NCBI RefSeq assembly: GCF_009914755.1
Contig: NC_060929.1
Length of the DNA: 64,000 bases
Reading direction: 5' to 3' (one strand)
DNA from: the human T2T-CHM13v2.0 reference genome, Homo sapiens
The notes under the pieces are model-generated. The model saw nothing but the letters and a program-made list of their open reading frames with translations. It did no database searches and was not told the origin of the DNA. Positions 41,796 to 61,224 of this stretch are shown piece after piece. The position numbers and the translations under genes were made by a program. Every line of letters starts with the position of its first letter. Within the stretch, counting starts at the first letter, position 1.

Positions 41796-43304
41796 CTCGA
41801 AAGACTGCAAATCTGCCTCCCAGCCATAAGGAAGACCACATGCTCTGTAACCCATATGCCCTATTCCTGCATCTTGAGCGGTCTTTCCAGGTGGACCCTC
41901 CATTCTGAAATTAACTTCCTTGGAGGCTCAATTTCTATATGACACCTTATAAATATATTCTGCCTTTCTGCTCAGTCCCTTTAGATTCTGGTAGACAGCA
42001 TGCTTCACTCATTCTTCTAACCCACCCCATCTCTTTCCCAACCAAAAAAAAGAAATTTTTTAACATCTCCCTTGGCTTCATGTTCTGCGGAATCTAGGGC
42101 CAGACAGTCCTCCTCCTCCTGAATCCACCTGCTTCCTGTACCCTCATCGGTTATTCTCCAGTCATGACTTAATCTGGGAGGGGACTCAAACATATGGTAT
42201 ATCATTATTACAAAAGGTCACAGCAAAATTAACTTTATGCCAGAGAAACTGTTTATTCTACTAATTGTCACTTAGATGGCTTATTGAATATTGGGTAGCT
42301 TAGTAAACAAACCCTTTCCCAAGGCTACTTAAATGTATGCTTCTTCTTGCTTTGTGCTGGGTTAAATGGAACCATAGTTAGCAGAGTAGAGAGTTGCTTT
42401 CCTTCAAGGTGGGCTCAGAACATGCCTGGAATGCTACCTTCCCTGGCACCCAATTTGGAGACAGGTAAGGGAAGGCTAATGGCTGTCCTGGGGTAAATGC
42501 TGTGCCCTTCATTGGTAAATTGTAGGGGTCCATGCCCTGACTAGCGAGGGACACCTGAAGGAAAACTGGCACCCAAGGCACAGCCACCAGCATAGAAACC
42601 AAGAAGGTTGTTGTGGGAAGGAGCAGCATATCCTACCACAGTTACTGACCACAGCCTGACCTGCTGCCAACTGAAGCACGGGAGAAACGGAATATCCAAG
42701 CAGCACTGGCACAGCTGATTATCTCTCCTTACTCAGCCTGTCTCCAGGATACAGGAGTGGAGCTGTGGTCAATGGACAGCTTGAAAAATAGATGATCTCT
42801 GTCCTAGATCCTTGGCTACGGGGCCAAATACTTATTACCCCAAGAGGTAATACGCAAGCCCACCTAAAATAAGCCAAGCAATACCTGTGAAAGACCATTG
42901 GTACCTGTGGGTGTCATTAGATAATATGGAGACTAGGAACATGAACCCTGAAGTAGCAAAAAAGGAATCAAAAGGAACAGCTGACAAAGGAACAAAGACC
43001 CAGGACCCACAAGAAAGGCAGAATTTCTTCCAGTAAAGGAAAATACTCTAAGTGCTTTTAAGACTTTTTAATTATCAGTTCACAGGCATCTGCTGAGTGC
43101 CTGTTACAGGCCCATCACAAAGGCTAGGAGGAATACAAAGAAAATCAAGATATACTATCTGCCTCAGAAGATTATAAAACTGGTGTAAAATTTCTTACTA
43201 AAGCACAAGAAACAATAGCTAAGAATAACACAACGCAATATAATTATACGTCAGTTGTTCTCAATTTCCTGTGCAATTGAGAATCACTTAGGAGGCTTGT
43301 TAAA

Positions 43305-43407
43305 TGTGTATTATATATATTTTATATATATATATATGAGATATATATATACGTGAAACATATATATGTCATATATATGTGTGTGTGTGTGTGTATATAT
43401 ATATATT
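43305..43407. repeat. (TA)n/(TG)n compound microsatellite inside a MER5-like remnant
   Basis: Directly visible; preceded by cagttgttctcaa...gaatcacttaggaggcttgttaaa. Confidence 0.9.
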
Positions 43408-44759
43408 ACTGAAGCCAAAGTGCACCAAACCTCATACATCAGGATCTGCAGGAGCTGGCTAGGGACCACGATGCACACCTGGTTAGGGGACCCTGGGATG
43501 CACACAGTGCTCTGAGAATTCAGAGGAGATGGAATCAATGGAACATCCTGGACTACTTGGAAACAGCAGCTACTCTAGACATCAGTGCTGCTCCCACAGG
43601 GAGAAGACTGACTCCCAAATCCAGCAAGGAAATGCTGGATCATGGGCCTGGCACACTAGGTGTTACATTTTAAGATAATGCTAAAATTACTTAACTCCTG
43701 TTTTCCAAGGCTGGCCTTGAGACTTTCAGAAGATGATGTTCACGCAATTTGCCCATGGCTCAAAGTAACAAGGTGTCAGATCACTAACAAGTGATCTGAA
43801 AGCTCCCTATCAGCTCAGAAAGAACGACATTCCTAAAAAGCATTCAACTATTTCAAACTATTGCTTAAGGCTACCTGGTGGACTTTGTGCTGTCAAAGAT
43901 CCCTTCCACCTCAAATAGAAAGCTCCCCAAAATACATTTCTCTTCTGGTAAGTTATTATCAATAGGTGGGACCTGAGCAGTCTGATATCTTTCTGGCCTT
44001 GTATGAGTCACTGTGCAGAAGTACAGATTAAACTAAATGATGAAAGCTTTTATCAGATGATAAATGGGATCTCAAATAAGTACTCAGACAATACAACTGT
44101 ACAATGGAAAATCCATACTTTAGTGTCCTAAAAGAGGCATGGCACTCTGCTTCAAATGTATTTTTAAAATATGCATTCACCAAACAAATGCTGAGTGTCC
44201 CCTGTGCTTAGCACAGTATCAGGTGCAGGGGACACAGTGGAGAGCAACCAGACAAGGTCTTGCCCTGTGGTCCAGCGACCTAGTAAATGGAACCCCACCC
44301 AAGTTCTGAATGAGGAGGGAGGAGTGCCACTGGAAAGATGATGTGAAAATCATCCCAGAAAGTGAGATCTTTCAAATCCAGGACACCTCCATCATTTCAC
44401 TGTCTATGCCATCTTCCTTTTTCCTCCCAAATTACTTTCCAGAATAGTTGCCCTCACCCGCACCTCTCGCCAGCAGGACACAAAGAGTTCCCCATGTTCA
44501 AGTCAATGCTGATGTTTTCCAACTTCAAAATGTCTGACAGTTTGTTGATTATCTTGACTTAATTGGCATGTCTCTGATTGCTAATGAGATTGAGCATCTT
44601 TCCATATCCTGACAAGCATTTGGCTTTCCCCCCTGCAAATTTCCTACTCATGTCCTTTGCCTGTAGTTCTATTGGTTTCCTGCCTTTTTATATTATAGAA
44701 GCTAATCTTTTCTTGGTTGTGTGACTTACAAATACCTTCTCCCAGGGCATTAGTGCTGG

Positions 44760-45600
44760 CTGTGGTGTCCAGGGTAGGTACTCACTGCCCCTACCGGAAG
44801 GAGGATTACAAACACACCTGACCCATTGATGAGAAGCTTGACCATGTGACTTGCTTTGGTCATTAAAATGTAAGCGGAAGTGATGTGATTTTTTTTTTTT
44901 AAGGAAAAGTGTTAAGGGCCATTTTATAAAACCACCGTGTAATTTAATTCAGAGAGAGCCTGCTCTTTCAGCCTGAATCCTGGAATAGAGACCCATGGAG
45001 CAGACCCATGGCCAGGCCACAGCCACCTCAGCAGAACTCAGCCTTTATTACCATAAGCCATGGAAATTTTGGTGTTTTTTGTTACCACAGAGAAGCTGAA
45101 CAATTGAAAGACATACTGGAAGTGAGGTGCCAACACTAATAAAACACATGATAGGATTTAGGGCTGAGTAGCAGGTGGCAAGAAAATTGATATTAAAGGC
45201 TTTTTATGTAGTGGTGAAGCATTTGAAAAAAACTATTGCCTGTGATAACTAGAAGGCAAAAAATGTAACTAATAAACTTCTGGTTTCAGCAAAGAAATGG
45301 GAAAACAGACTGTGGATAACATTGGATATTTGCTAATGGCTGCATTTGACAAGACGCAGTAAGAAAGCAATAAGCTCACAAAAGAAATGGCCATTTTGCA
45401 AGAGGAATTCAAAGAGAGTTCAGAGAGGCCATAAATTTCAGGACTTGCAGGGTTAGAAAATGGAACTGTTTCTCATCTCCAATTGGCAAAAGATAAAACT
45501 GAGAAGACCTTGAGCTATGAAGTCCAATTAAGATTCATCCTTGGGGCAAAGATAAAGTCAAGTAGCCTTGTCAGCCCATTGTTAGAGCTCTAATTGGGCA
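44760..45600 (+). mobile_element. Old MLT1 LTR followed by MLT1 internal sequence
   Basis: cttgaccatgtgacttgctttggtca...taagccatggaaattttgg; then tactggaagtgaggtgc internal start. Confidence 0.55.
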
Positions 45601-45732
45601 GAAAGCGGGAGAGGAGATGAAGTATTGTAAGTGAACTAACTCCGCCATTCAGAAAAGGTGGAAATATTTGATGTCTTAAAATTAGTAATTCCATAAATAG
45701 CAACATAAGCATAGTATTCAGAAATATGGAGG

Positions 45733-46712
<980 letters not shown>

Positions 46713-47274
46713 TAAAAATTTTAAAGTGTTTTCCTCTGAGGAGTGAAACTGGTAAAGGGGAGAGGCAGAAGAAGAGCATAATCTGTACGATTTGGTTTTT
46801 AAAACCACCTACAAATATCATCTTGATAGAAATTTATCTTAATTTTAATAAGGTATTTTATATAGACCACAAAAAATAGCATGAGCAAAGAAATAAAAAT
46901 GCACTCAACTTTAGAAAGCAATCAAAACAAATTTTCCCCTACAAAACAGACTAGCTCCATGAGGCAAGTAAAAACTTTTTTTAAATTTCTGATTCATATT
47001 TCAAAAACAGGAAAAGATACATTCTTTAATCAAATGAAATGATTCTACATCAGAAATATTGGTTTCAGATTTAAAATTACTTGCAATAAATTTAAAATGC
47101 AACACAGTTAAGAACAGAAGATTAGACACTGTGATGAACCAAATAAGTCATTTAGAAGATTGGTGTGGGAAATTATAAAACTCAGGATATCAGATAAAGA
47201 GATAAGATTTACCTTAAATCTACATATAAAGGAATCTATTGAATGAAAGAACAAAACAAAGTGCAAAATATAAT

Positions 47275-47733
47275 ATGTTATATCGCATGGCAAAGGTGAA
47301 TTGGTGTTGCAGATGCAATTAAGGTTGCTACCCAGCTGACTTCAAAACAGAGAAATTAACCTGGATTATCCTGGTGGGCCAAATGTAATCGCAAAAGTCC
47401 TTAAAAGCAGAAGAGGGAGGCAGAAGAGGAAAATCCAGAGAGAAGCATCAGAGAAATGCAGAGAGCAAAAGGAACTCAGCCTGATTTTTCTGGCTTTGAA
47501 GATAGAGGAAGGGGCCATGAAGCAGGGAATGTGAGCAGCATCTAGAAGCTGGAAAAAGCAATGAGACAGCTCCTCTAGAGCCTCTGGAAAGGAATGCAGC
47601 CCTTCCAAGACCTTGACCTTAACCCACGAAGATCTGTGTTGAACTCTAATGGCCAGAATTGTAAAATAATAAGTTTGCATTGTTTTAAGCCACTAAGCTT
47701 ATGATAATTGATCACAGCAGCAATAGAAAATAT
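47275..47733 (+). mobile_element. MLT1D-like LTR
   Basis: ggattatcctggtgggccaaatgtaatc...tctagaagctggaaaaagcaa...tgttttaagccactaag. Confidence 0.8.
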
Positions 47734-49329
47734 AAGGGTTAAACATATTCAGGTGATTGACAGTTTTATATTTAAAGGCAAAGACAAAGTCTTACACCCA
47801 TTTACTTGGGGAAAAATAATGACGCCTACAAATGAAAAGTGAAATCAGGCTGGCATTGGATTTATCTCCCATAGCACTCATGGCAGAGGAAAATGAAATG
47901 TTATCCGGTTATGGGGAAGGAGAAGTGAATTATGATCCAAAAATATTAAGTCCAAACCATTTGAAGTTAGAAGCAACAAAAAGACACTCTCAGGCATGCA
48001 GGAAAAGTATAAAGATTACCTATATATTTTCTCAGATTTAAACAAATACACAGAGGGAATAATCCAGTCATCCAATAAGTAAGTAAAAATGCATTCACTT
48101 ATTCAACAAATATTTATTGGGAACCTCTTTCTCAAAAAATAGTATTCAGGGATACAGCAGCAGAGATGTCAACTGTCTCAGTAAGATCACACAGGTAAAA
48201 TCTCAGTTCTCATGGCGTTTATATGCTAGGTGGGAGAGACAATCTATTAACAAGCAAACGAATAAACAAATAATACAATATCAGTTTGTGATAACTGCTA
48301 AAAAAAAAAAGTGAAACAAGACAAGAGTGACAAGCCTGGAGGAAAAATATTTTTGATAGGAGTTTCTTAGAGTGTCTTTCAATGACATGATTCTTAAGCA
48401 GAGAACTTAAGCCACTGAGGAAATAAGCCATATAAAATGTAGAATAAAAAAATTCCAGTGAAGCAACAAAATCTTTGAGGCTGAAACAAGCTTACTATGT
48501 TTAATGGAGAGCAAAATGTTCTATACGACTGCTTGGGCTTCCTCACTGTATGACTGCTAGGTTCTAAGACCAAGCATCCCAAGAGAACCATGTGGACACC
48601 ATATTGCCTTTTATAGCCTAACCTTGAAATTACATAGTCTTCTGCTGTTGTCATGAATCCACCCACATTTAAGGGGGAGGGAACATACACCCAGTTCTGC
48701 ATAGGAGAAGTGTCAAGGACCTACTGTAAAAAAATCATGAGGAACAGGAGCTAATTTTGGCCATTTGGGGAAAATACAGTTCGCCACAGCATACCGAAAC
48801 AAAATGACATATCAAGGCCAAAAAATAAAGCAATGAGCAAAGACATCACAGAAAACTATAATTAAAAAAATAGTAAAAGAGATGATATGGTTGAAATAGA
48901 ATACATGAAAAAATTTATAATTGGACAAGGAAAGTCCATTTATATCAATGAAAGGCAAACCTTGCAATAAAATTGTTGGTTTTTGCTGTATAACCAACCA
49001 TGCCAAAATTTAGTAGCTTAAACAATAGCCATTTATTTAGCTCAGTATTCTATGGGTTGGCAATTTGAGTTGAGCTCAACTGGGCAGTCGTCATCACCTC
49101 AGCTGGGCTCATTCTTCATGTGTGATCAGCTGCCATGACTCTGCAACTGTGGTTGGATGACTAGGCCAACAGGGCCAGTGGTAGAAATGTGGCCACATGG
49201 ATCTCATCATCCAGCCTGCTGGCCAGTGCTTGCCTACCCAGCCGCTGCAGTAGGAGTCCCAAGAGCAATGAAAGAGCAAGCTCCACTAACAGGTGCTTTT
49301 CAAGCCTATGCTTCTATCGTGTCTGCACC

Positions 49330-50560
49330 CATGAATGTTTACAAGTTAAGTAACTTAGCATCAAAATAAACCACTAAAGCTAACAAAAGCACAAGAAGAA
49401 ACTGATAAAAATCACAATGATAGCTTCATCTTGAGTTCTTAATCTTTAGACAATAAGCAAATAAAGAATTATGGTTCAAACAAATAATTAAGTCAACAAA
49501 TATCCATTTTTTTCTGTTAAGAATATGCATCATTTTTCAACGTCCTTGGAACATTTACAAAAGTTGATCATACCTTTAGGCCTTAAAAGAAAATTTTTAA
49601 AGGATGTTAGGGGGTTTAGAAAAAAAGAAAATCTTAATAAATCTAAAAAAATTGAAGTTACATAGGCCATATTCTGTCTAAATGCAATAAAACTAGAAAT
49701 TAACAAAATTATAAGCAAAAAAATTCAAATCATTAGGAAATGAAAATGCCTTCCTAGATATCTTTTGGGTCCTAATTATGGATGATTTAGAAAATAAAAT
49801 AATCACAAAATTATATGTCAAAAACTATGAAATGCTTTATGTTAGGGATCAGCAAACTTTTCCAGTAAAGGAAGTACATATTTTAGACTTGTGGACCATA
49901 AGAACTGTCACACTACCCAATTCATACTGTGATTATGTAGAAGTACACATACACAATACACAACACATAAAGGAATGGGTGTAGATGTGTTCCAATAAAA
50001 CTTTATTTATCAAAACAGGCAGCAGGCTGGATTTGACCCATAGTCTTGGTTTTCCAACCTCTACTTATATAATATTAATCAAGTGTTAAGCACTTACAAA
50101 TTTCTAACTTTACATGTGTTTATTACTAAAAAAGGAATAAAAATCAATGAAATATTAATGGACTCTAGAAGCTAGAAAAAAGTCATCAGTAGCAAAATAA
50201 AGAAAGCAAGAATTAAAAAATAATGAAGTAAAACATAAATTAATAAAATAAAAGATAGAAAAATAATGACATTAATAAATAACTCCGATATTTGAAAATA
50301 CCAATAAAATAAACAAAATCAAAACAAAGCAAATCAAGAAACATGAGGGGAAAAGCACAAATACATATCATTCAGTATTGGAAAGGAATAGCAATGACAG
50401 ATGCAGAGAATTTTTAAAATCATAAGCTATCAACTAACACTAAAAACAACTGTATTGTAATAAATGTTTAACTCTCAATGAAGTAGTTAATTGTCTAGAC
50501 ATGTCCTATTGACTAAAATTGCCTCCTAAAAAGGGAGCAAATCTGAACAGATGAAGCAAG
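49330..50560 (+). mobile_element. Ancient L1M ORF2 remnants
   Basis: ggaacatttacaaaagttgatcatac, atgcaataaaactagaaattaac; similar sequence continues after 55010. Confidence 0.55.
49843..50063. mobile_element. MER58A-like hAT MITE
   Basis: agggatcagcaaactttt...gtgttccaataaaactttattta...ggctggatttgaccc. Confidence 0.75.
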
Positions 50561-50576
50561 CATAAGAAAATGGCTA

Positions 50577-54775
<4,199 letters not shown>

Positions 54776-54789
54776 AAGAGAATGACTAA

Positions 54790-55010
54790 CATTTGTTCAG
54801 CGCTTGCAAGTATCAGGTATTCTCTGGCTAACTGAATACCTTGTATTGTCACAATCTGTCCAACAACCTTATGCTGTGGGCCTATTATTATGCCTATTTG
54901 TTCAGATAAGAACACAGATATTTATAAAGATTAAGAAGCTTCCTGTAATCTAGTAACTGAAGTTGGCACACTTTGACCCAAGCAGTCTAATGACTCTGGA
55001 ACCTTTATGG
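54790..55010 (-). mobile_element. MIR
   Basis: caacaaccttatg...tattattatgcctattt...tttgacccaagcagtct. Confidence 0.55.
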
Positions 55011-57233
55011 CTTAGCATTGCAGAAGAAATTGAACAGGGTATCAAAGAGCAACCACCAAAATAGATAGTGGGACAACATGATATCCCCAGTGAGCTCCCT
55101 CAAACTCTTGAGCAACTGATAATTCCTATGTAATTTAAATTATTTCAGGGGAAAAAAAAAAGATAAAAAGAAGAAAGTGTTCCATTTTATTTTAAGAAGC
55201 TTAAGCCATCTAAAATTAAAACTTGACAAAGATAACTGCAAACTTATCCCACAAATATAGACGCAAAAATCTTCATTATATCAAATCTAGAAATATATTA
55301 AAATAATAACATGTCCTGAACATGCCAGTTTATAATAGGAATGTATAGATGGTTTATAGTGAGAATTAAATTCTGCACATAATTCATTATATTAACAGAT
55401 CAAGGGAAGAAAATTATTCTCCTCAATAAATGTTAATGTAATCTGCTTTCTGATTTTTTAAAAACTTTAGAAAAATAGGAATAGACCAATAATTCTTTAA
55501 CATGTTAGATATCTTTTAACCAACACTCAGCATAATGTTTACCATTAAAATATTGGAACAGTATTTCCCAAACTATATTTTGTTGACGATAAGCTGCAAA
55601 AGGTAGAAATTCTTGTTCTATCTCTTGAAGGAATGTGTTTCCATAAATACAAAAAAAATACTACATATTGTATTCTCATCTTAGAAATTCAAAATATACC
55701 TCACTGGATTAAGTCTAGAAGAATAGCAAAAATAGCAAGTAAATTCTGAAAAAGAAGACAAGAAAAACATATTATAAATCCACAGTGTTAAAATACTGTG
55801 GTTATAGTAACTGAAGGAATAGACATAATAAAACATTGCAAAAAAAGTAAATATGAGATTTTAAAATACAATAAATAGTCCATTTCAAAACAAGGAACAG
55901 AATTCAGATTATTCCATAAAAGATAATAAGACAGCTAGAAAAAATATATATATATATATATATCTCAGACCTCAAGTTCATATTTTACTAAAAAGGTAAA
56001 GTTTTCATGGCCCAAAGAGTTCTATATCAAAAATGAAATTATAAAGATGGTTTAAAAAACATAGATGGACTTCAGGTATGAACATGGCTATCGAAGTCTA
56101 TATATCTCTCTCCTCCTAGAAATCATACAAGCAACAAAAAGCATTACCAAAAAATGCAGAAGCTTCATTCTCAGTGAAACTTGGAAAAAAGGATAATTGA
56201 AAGACTTTAAATCACAGGTAATGACTGACAAATGCAGCTGAAATAGAATAGAAACCACATAGAAGGAAATAAAAAGAAAAGTGCAAAGAGTAAAGAAAAG
56301 CCATAATGCTATCAGGACTCAAAAAATGCTGCACAAATCCATCTCCTTAAGCAAGAGCCACACTTTAGTATAATAGGTATGTCCCTTGTCTACAACAGTG
56401 GTTGTGACATATAGGAGATGAGCAGAGCCAGTGGCAAAAAAAAAACCTCTTTGATCAGGTTTGGTTGAAAGAAGCAGAGAAAGGTCTACATGAAGAAATT
56501 GTTTTAAGCCCTATTCAATGGAAGCAGTCTGTCTCTGAAACCATTCCCAAAAAGGGACCTCTAAGCTAGTGGAGGAAAATATGATCATTCAACAATGACC
56601 AATAAAATGAATTAGCACAGCATTGATATAAGGAAGATCTAGTGAATAAGGGGTAAAAGAGCCACAAAATTTATCATTAGGTAAGAACACTTGCCAGAAA
56701 AATGTTGCCACAGAGCAGATAAAAATTTTAACTAAATATTTTATCATGAATTTTAATTGATTAAATGAGGCCATTATCTTTGTAAAGGAAGAACAGAAAT
56801 ACAGGAACCTAGAAAAGATGTGATTATTCAACAAAAGAGATAAAACATGAGTTAATGATATATACTCCAAGAAAGAATAAATGAATAAATCGTGGAAGAA
56901 GCAAAAATGAGTCTAGATACTCTGGAAACACACTAAGAAACCTAGAGAATATTAAGGACAACCATGAACATCATAAAACAAAATTCAAGAAAGCATTTCT
57001 ATTAAAGAAAAAATGTAGATCTAGAACACAGGTAAAGGAGGTGCAATGTATATATAATTGGAGCCCCTGAAGAAACCCAAACAATGCAGTGAAGCAAATA
57101 TTTAATGACATCATTCATGAACCTTCAATGAAATAAAAAAGAATATAATCTGCATGATTGAAAGCACGCACTGTGGACCAGGATTTTTAAAAAAAGACCT
57201 AGAACAGTTAACATGAAGACTCAATCATGGTAG

Positions 57234-57550
<317 letters not shown>

Positions 57551-58210
57551 TCCAGACTTTAAAGAAAAATATTCTGAACATAGAAATCAATCTGGCTCCA
57601 GATTTATCCACTGTTAAACACCAAAAGACAGTGACACAGCATCTAAAAGATTCTCCTGGAAAAGTATGATCTGTCCTTCCAGTGTAAAGGCTCTGGTTAT
57701 TTTTAATTGCAAGAAACTAGGGAATATTGGTATCATGAGTGCTTCTTAAGAAGCCACTAGAGGATAAACTTTAGCCAACCAGAAGATAATTAGGAAAACC
57801 ACAAGCAGAAAATGCAGTGGTGAGCGCTGGATGGGTTTAATTGTGAATTAAGAGCAAAACAAATGTGCGGACTAGATGATAGAGTAGAAGTAAATGTTAT
57901 ATGCCATGACATTGTAAAAATGGTATGAAAATAAAACTTAGGAGAGGAAGGGAATGAGAAGGTGAAGGGCAGAGTAAGTTTGCCAGTTACCTCACTTATG
58001 AGACAACAGGCGTCATTCACAGCTGACAAATCAAGTGGTAGAGGTATAAACACATCTCCCTTTGGAAGATCAACTCTAAGACCAACAGGCATTATTGACT
58101 AAAACTGGGTGGAGAGCCAGGGGAGAAAGGAGCAAATGCATTAACTTCATCATTGTTTTATTAAGAGGAACAAATACACATTGTGTCAAAAATAGGGGAT
58201 CAAGGGTATG

Positions 58211-58792
<582 letters not shown>

Positions 58793-59521
58793 TAAGTGAA
58801 ATTATAAAAGTAACCATTACCATAAAAATACAAACCTTTCTAAACTTCAGAAAAAGTTTCAAAGGAAACAGACCACCTGGTGACTGACTTTATTTGAAGA
58901 CATACAAATTAAAAAATATCAAGTAAAAGAATATGGAAAAAGTAAGATCAAAAGCATCTACCACTAATGAAGGTCAATGAGCTTCTTCAACTCCTTTCAA
59001 CTTATCTTCGATGAATGAAAGGATGGAAGAAAGGGAGGAAAGAAGGGCTAATGGGAGGGAGGAGAGGGGAGACTGGATGACAAAGCAAAACCCAGCTGTA
59101 GGCTGTGCGTGGCAGCCATTCCAAAAACAGAATAATTCACAAGGATTTGTAAAAGATTTCAAAACTCAAATACAAAGAAAAAAGAGCAGAGGTTGTGATA
59201 TTAACATCACTCAAGACAGACTGCAGATGACAAGGCATTGAAAAAAAAACAAAAATGCCCCTTTATTAGCTTAAATGGTGCAATTTCACAACAAATATAT
59301 AAAGCTCTTAATATCTGTGGACCTCCCTCTGTCCTTGATATGTAAAATGGACAAAAAATAAATTGCAGAGTACCTAAATAGCATAATTAATAAAGGAAGT
59401 CTGGTTTATAGATACAGAAATACATACATGCATACATTCATACACACACCCTGAAAATTTAAAAAAACGCCTTCAGCTCAAGTGCCAATGAAAGTGGATA
59501 AAAATTGGACATGGTTAGGCC

Positions 59522-59955
59522 TGTCAGGCCTGTGAGCCCAAGCTAAACCATCATATCCCCTGTGACCTGCATGAATACATCCAGATGGCCTGAAGCAAGT
59601 GAAGAATCACAAAAGAAGTGAAAATGGCCGGTTCCTGCCTTAACTGATGACATTCCACCATTGTGATTTGTTTCCGCCCCACGTTAACTGAGCAATTAAC
59701 CTTGTGAAGTTCCTTCTCCTGGCTCAGAAGCTCCCCCACTGAGCACCTTGTGACCCCCGCCCCTGCCAACAAGAGAACAACCCCCTTTGACTGTAATGTT
59801 CCACTACCCACCCAAATCCTACAAAACGGCCCCACCCCATCTCCCTTCGCTGACTCTCTTTTCGGACTCAGCCCACCTGCACCCAGGTGAAATAAACAGC
59901 CTTGTTGCTCACACAAAGCCTGTTTGGTGGTCTCTTCACACGGATGCGCGTGACA
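59522..59955 (+). mobile_element. HERV-H solo LTR (LTR7 family, LTR7B-like)
   Basis: TGTCAGGCCT...GAAATAAACAGCCTTGTTGCTCACACAAAGCCTGTTTGGTGGTCTCTTCACACGG...GTGACA; perfect 5-bp TSD AGGCC. Confidence 0.95.
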
Positions 59956-60898
59956 AGGCCAAAAACAAAATCTCCAGAAAGTAAAAACAGGGAAGAAAAT
60001 TTTCTATGGTCACGATGCTACAAAAGTAGAAACTGAAAATCAAATTGAAATACCAAAAGGCCCTTCCACCTGGGAGGGAAAAACACACACACACACTTTT
60101 AAACAATCCTGACTCAAAGGGACTAAACAGAACTGCAGAATGCCCAGAAAACCAGAATGAAGTGGTCACATGTTAAGAATCTAGAGGAAAAAGCTAAGCA
60201 ATGCTCAGCATAAAACACTTAAATTCTATTGATTAAGAAGAGAAGAAAAACAAAGAATGAATTGAAACAAATGAATTAAGCATCCAACTCAAAAAGGTTA
60301 GGAAGAGAAGAGCAGAGCAAACAAAAGAAAAGCTAAATGGAGAATTATTTTAAAAGCAGAAATGAGCAAGTTAGAAGTCAGAAAAACAGTGGAAAATAAA
60401 TCTGAAGGTTTTTTTCTTTTGGTTGAATAACTTTTTATAGTAGTGTCTGCATTTAAATACCTGCACAATGTCAAGTGGTCATGCAGTAGGGAGGAGAAGG
60501 AGAATTCTGAATAGAGGGAATTGACTATTTTAGGCGGAAGTTCCCGGGGCCTAACCAGCGGGGGCCAGGAGGACAAAGAGAGGACTGAATTGCTTTGTAT
60601 AATAAAGTGAGAGGGCTCTGTGGGGAGCCTGAGACTGAGGGGTAAGGGTTCTAAAGAGGAAAGAACGCAGGAAATATGAGAAGTGGAGAAAGAGAGAGAG
60701 CAACATAAAGGGAGGTTGAGGAAGATGAAGTGCCTGGGCGGGATCCAGTCTCTCCTGCACTTTGCGTCCACTCTGTGGTTTACATGTCCGTTACACTTGG
60801 AGTGCGTCTTCAGTAACTCCCTATCACAGGAAAGTCAATCGTGTTCTTGCATGTCTGAAAATGTCTTTAAGTGTCCTGCAAACTTGATGATATTTTAG

Positions 60899-61224
<326 letters not shown>

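Noticed and set aside
41613-41942. Overlapping Tyr/Ile-rich ORFs
   Set aside because: Artefacts of the (TA)n microsatellite
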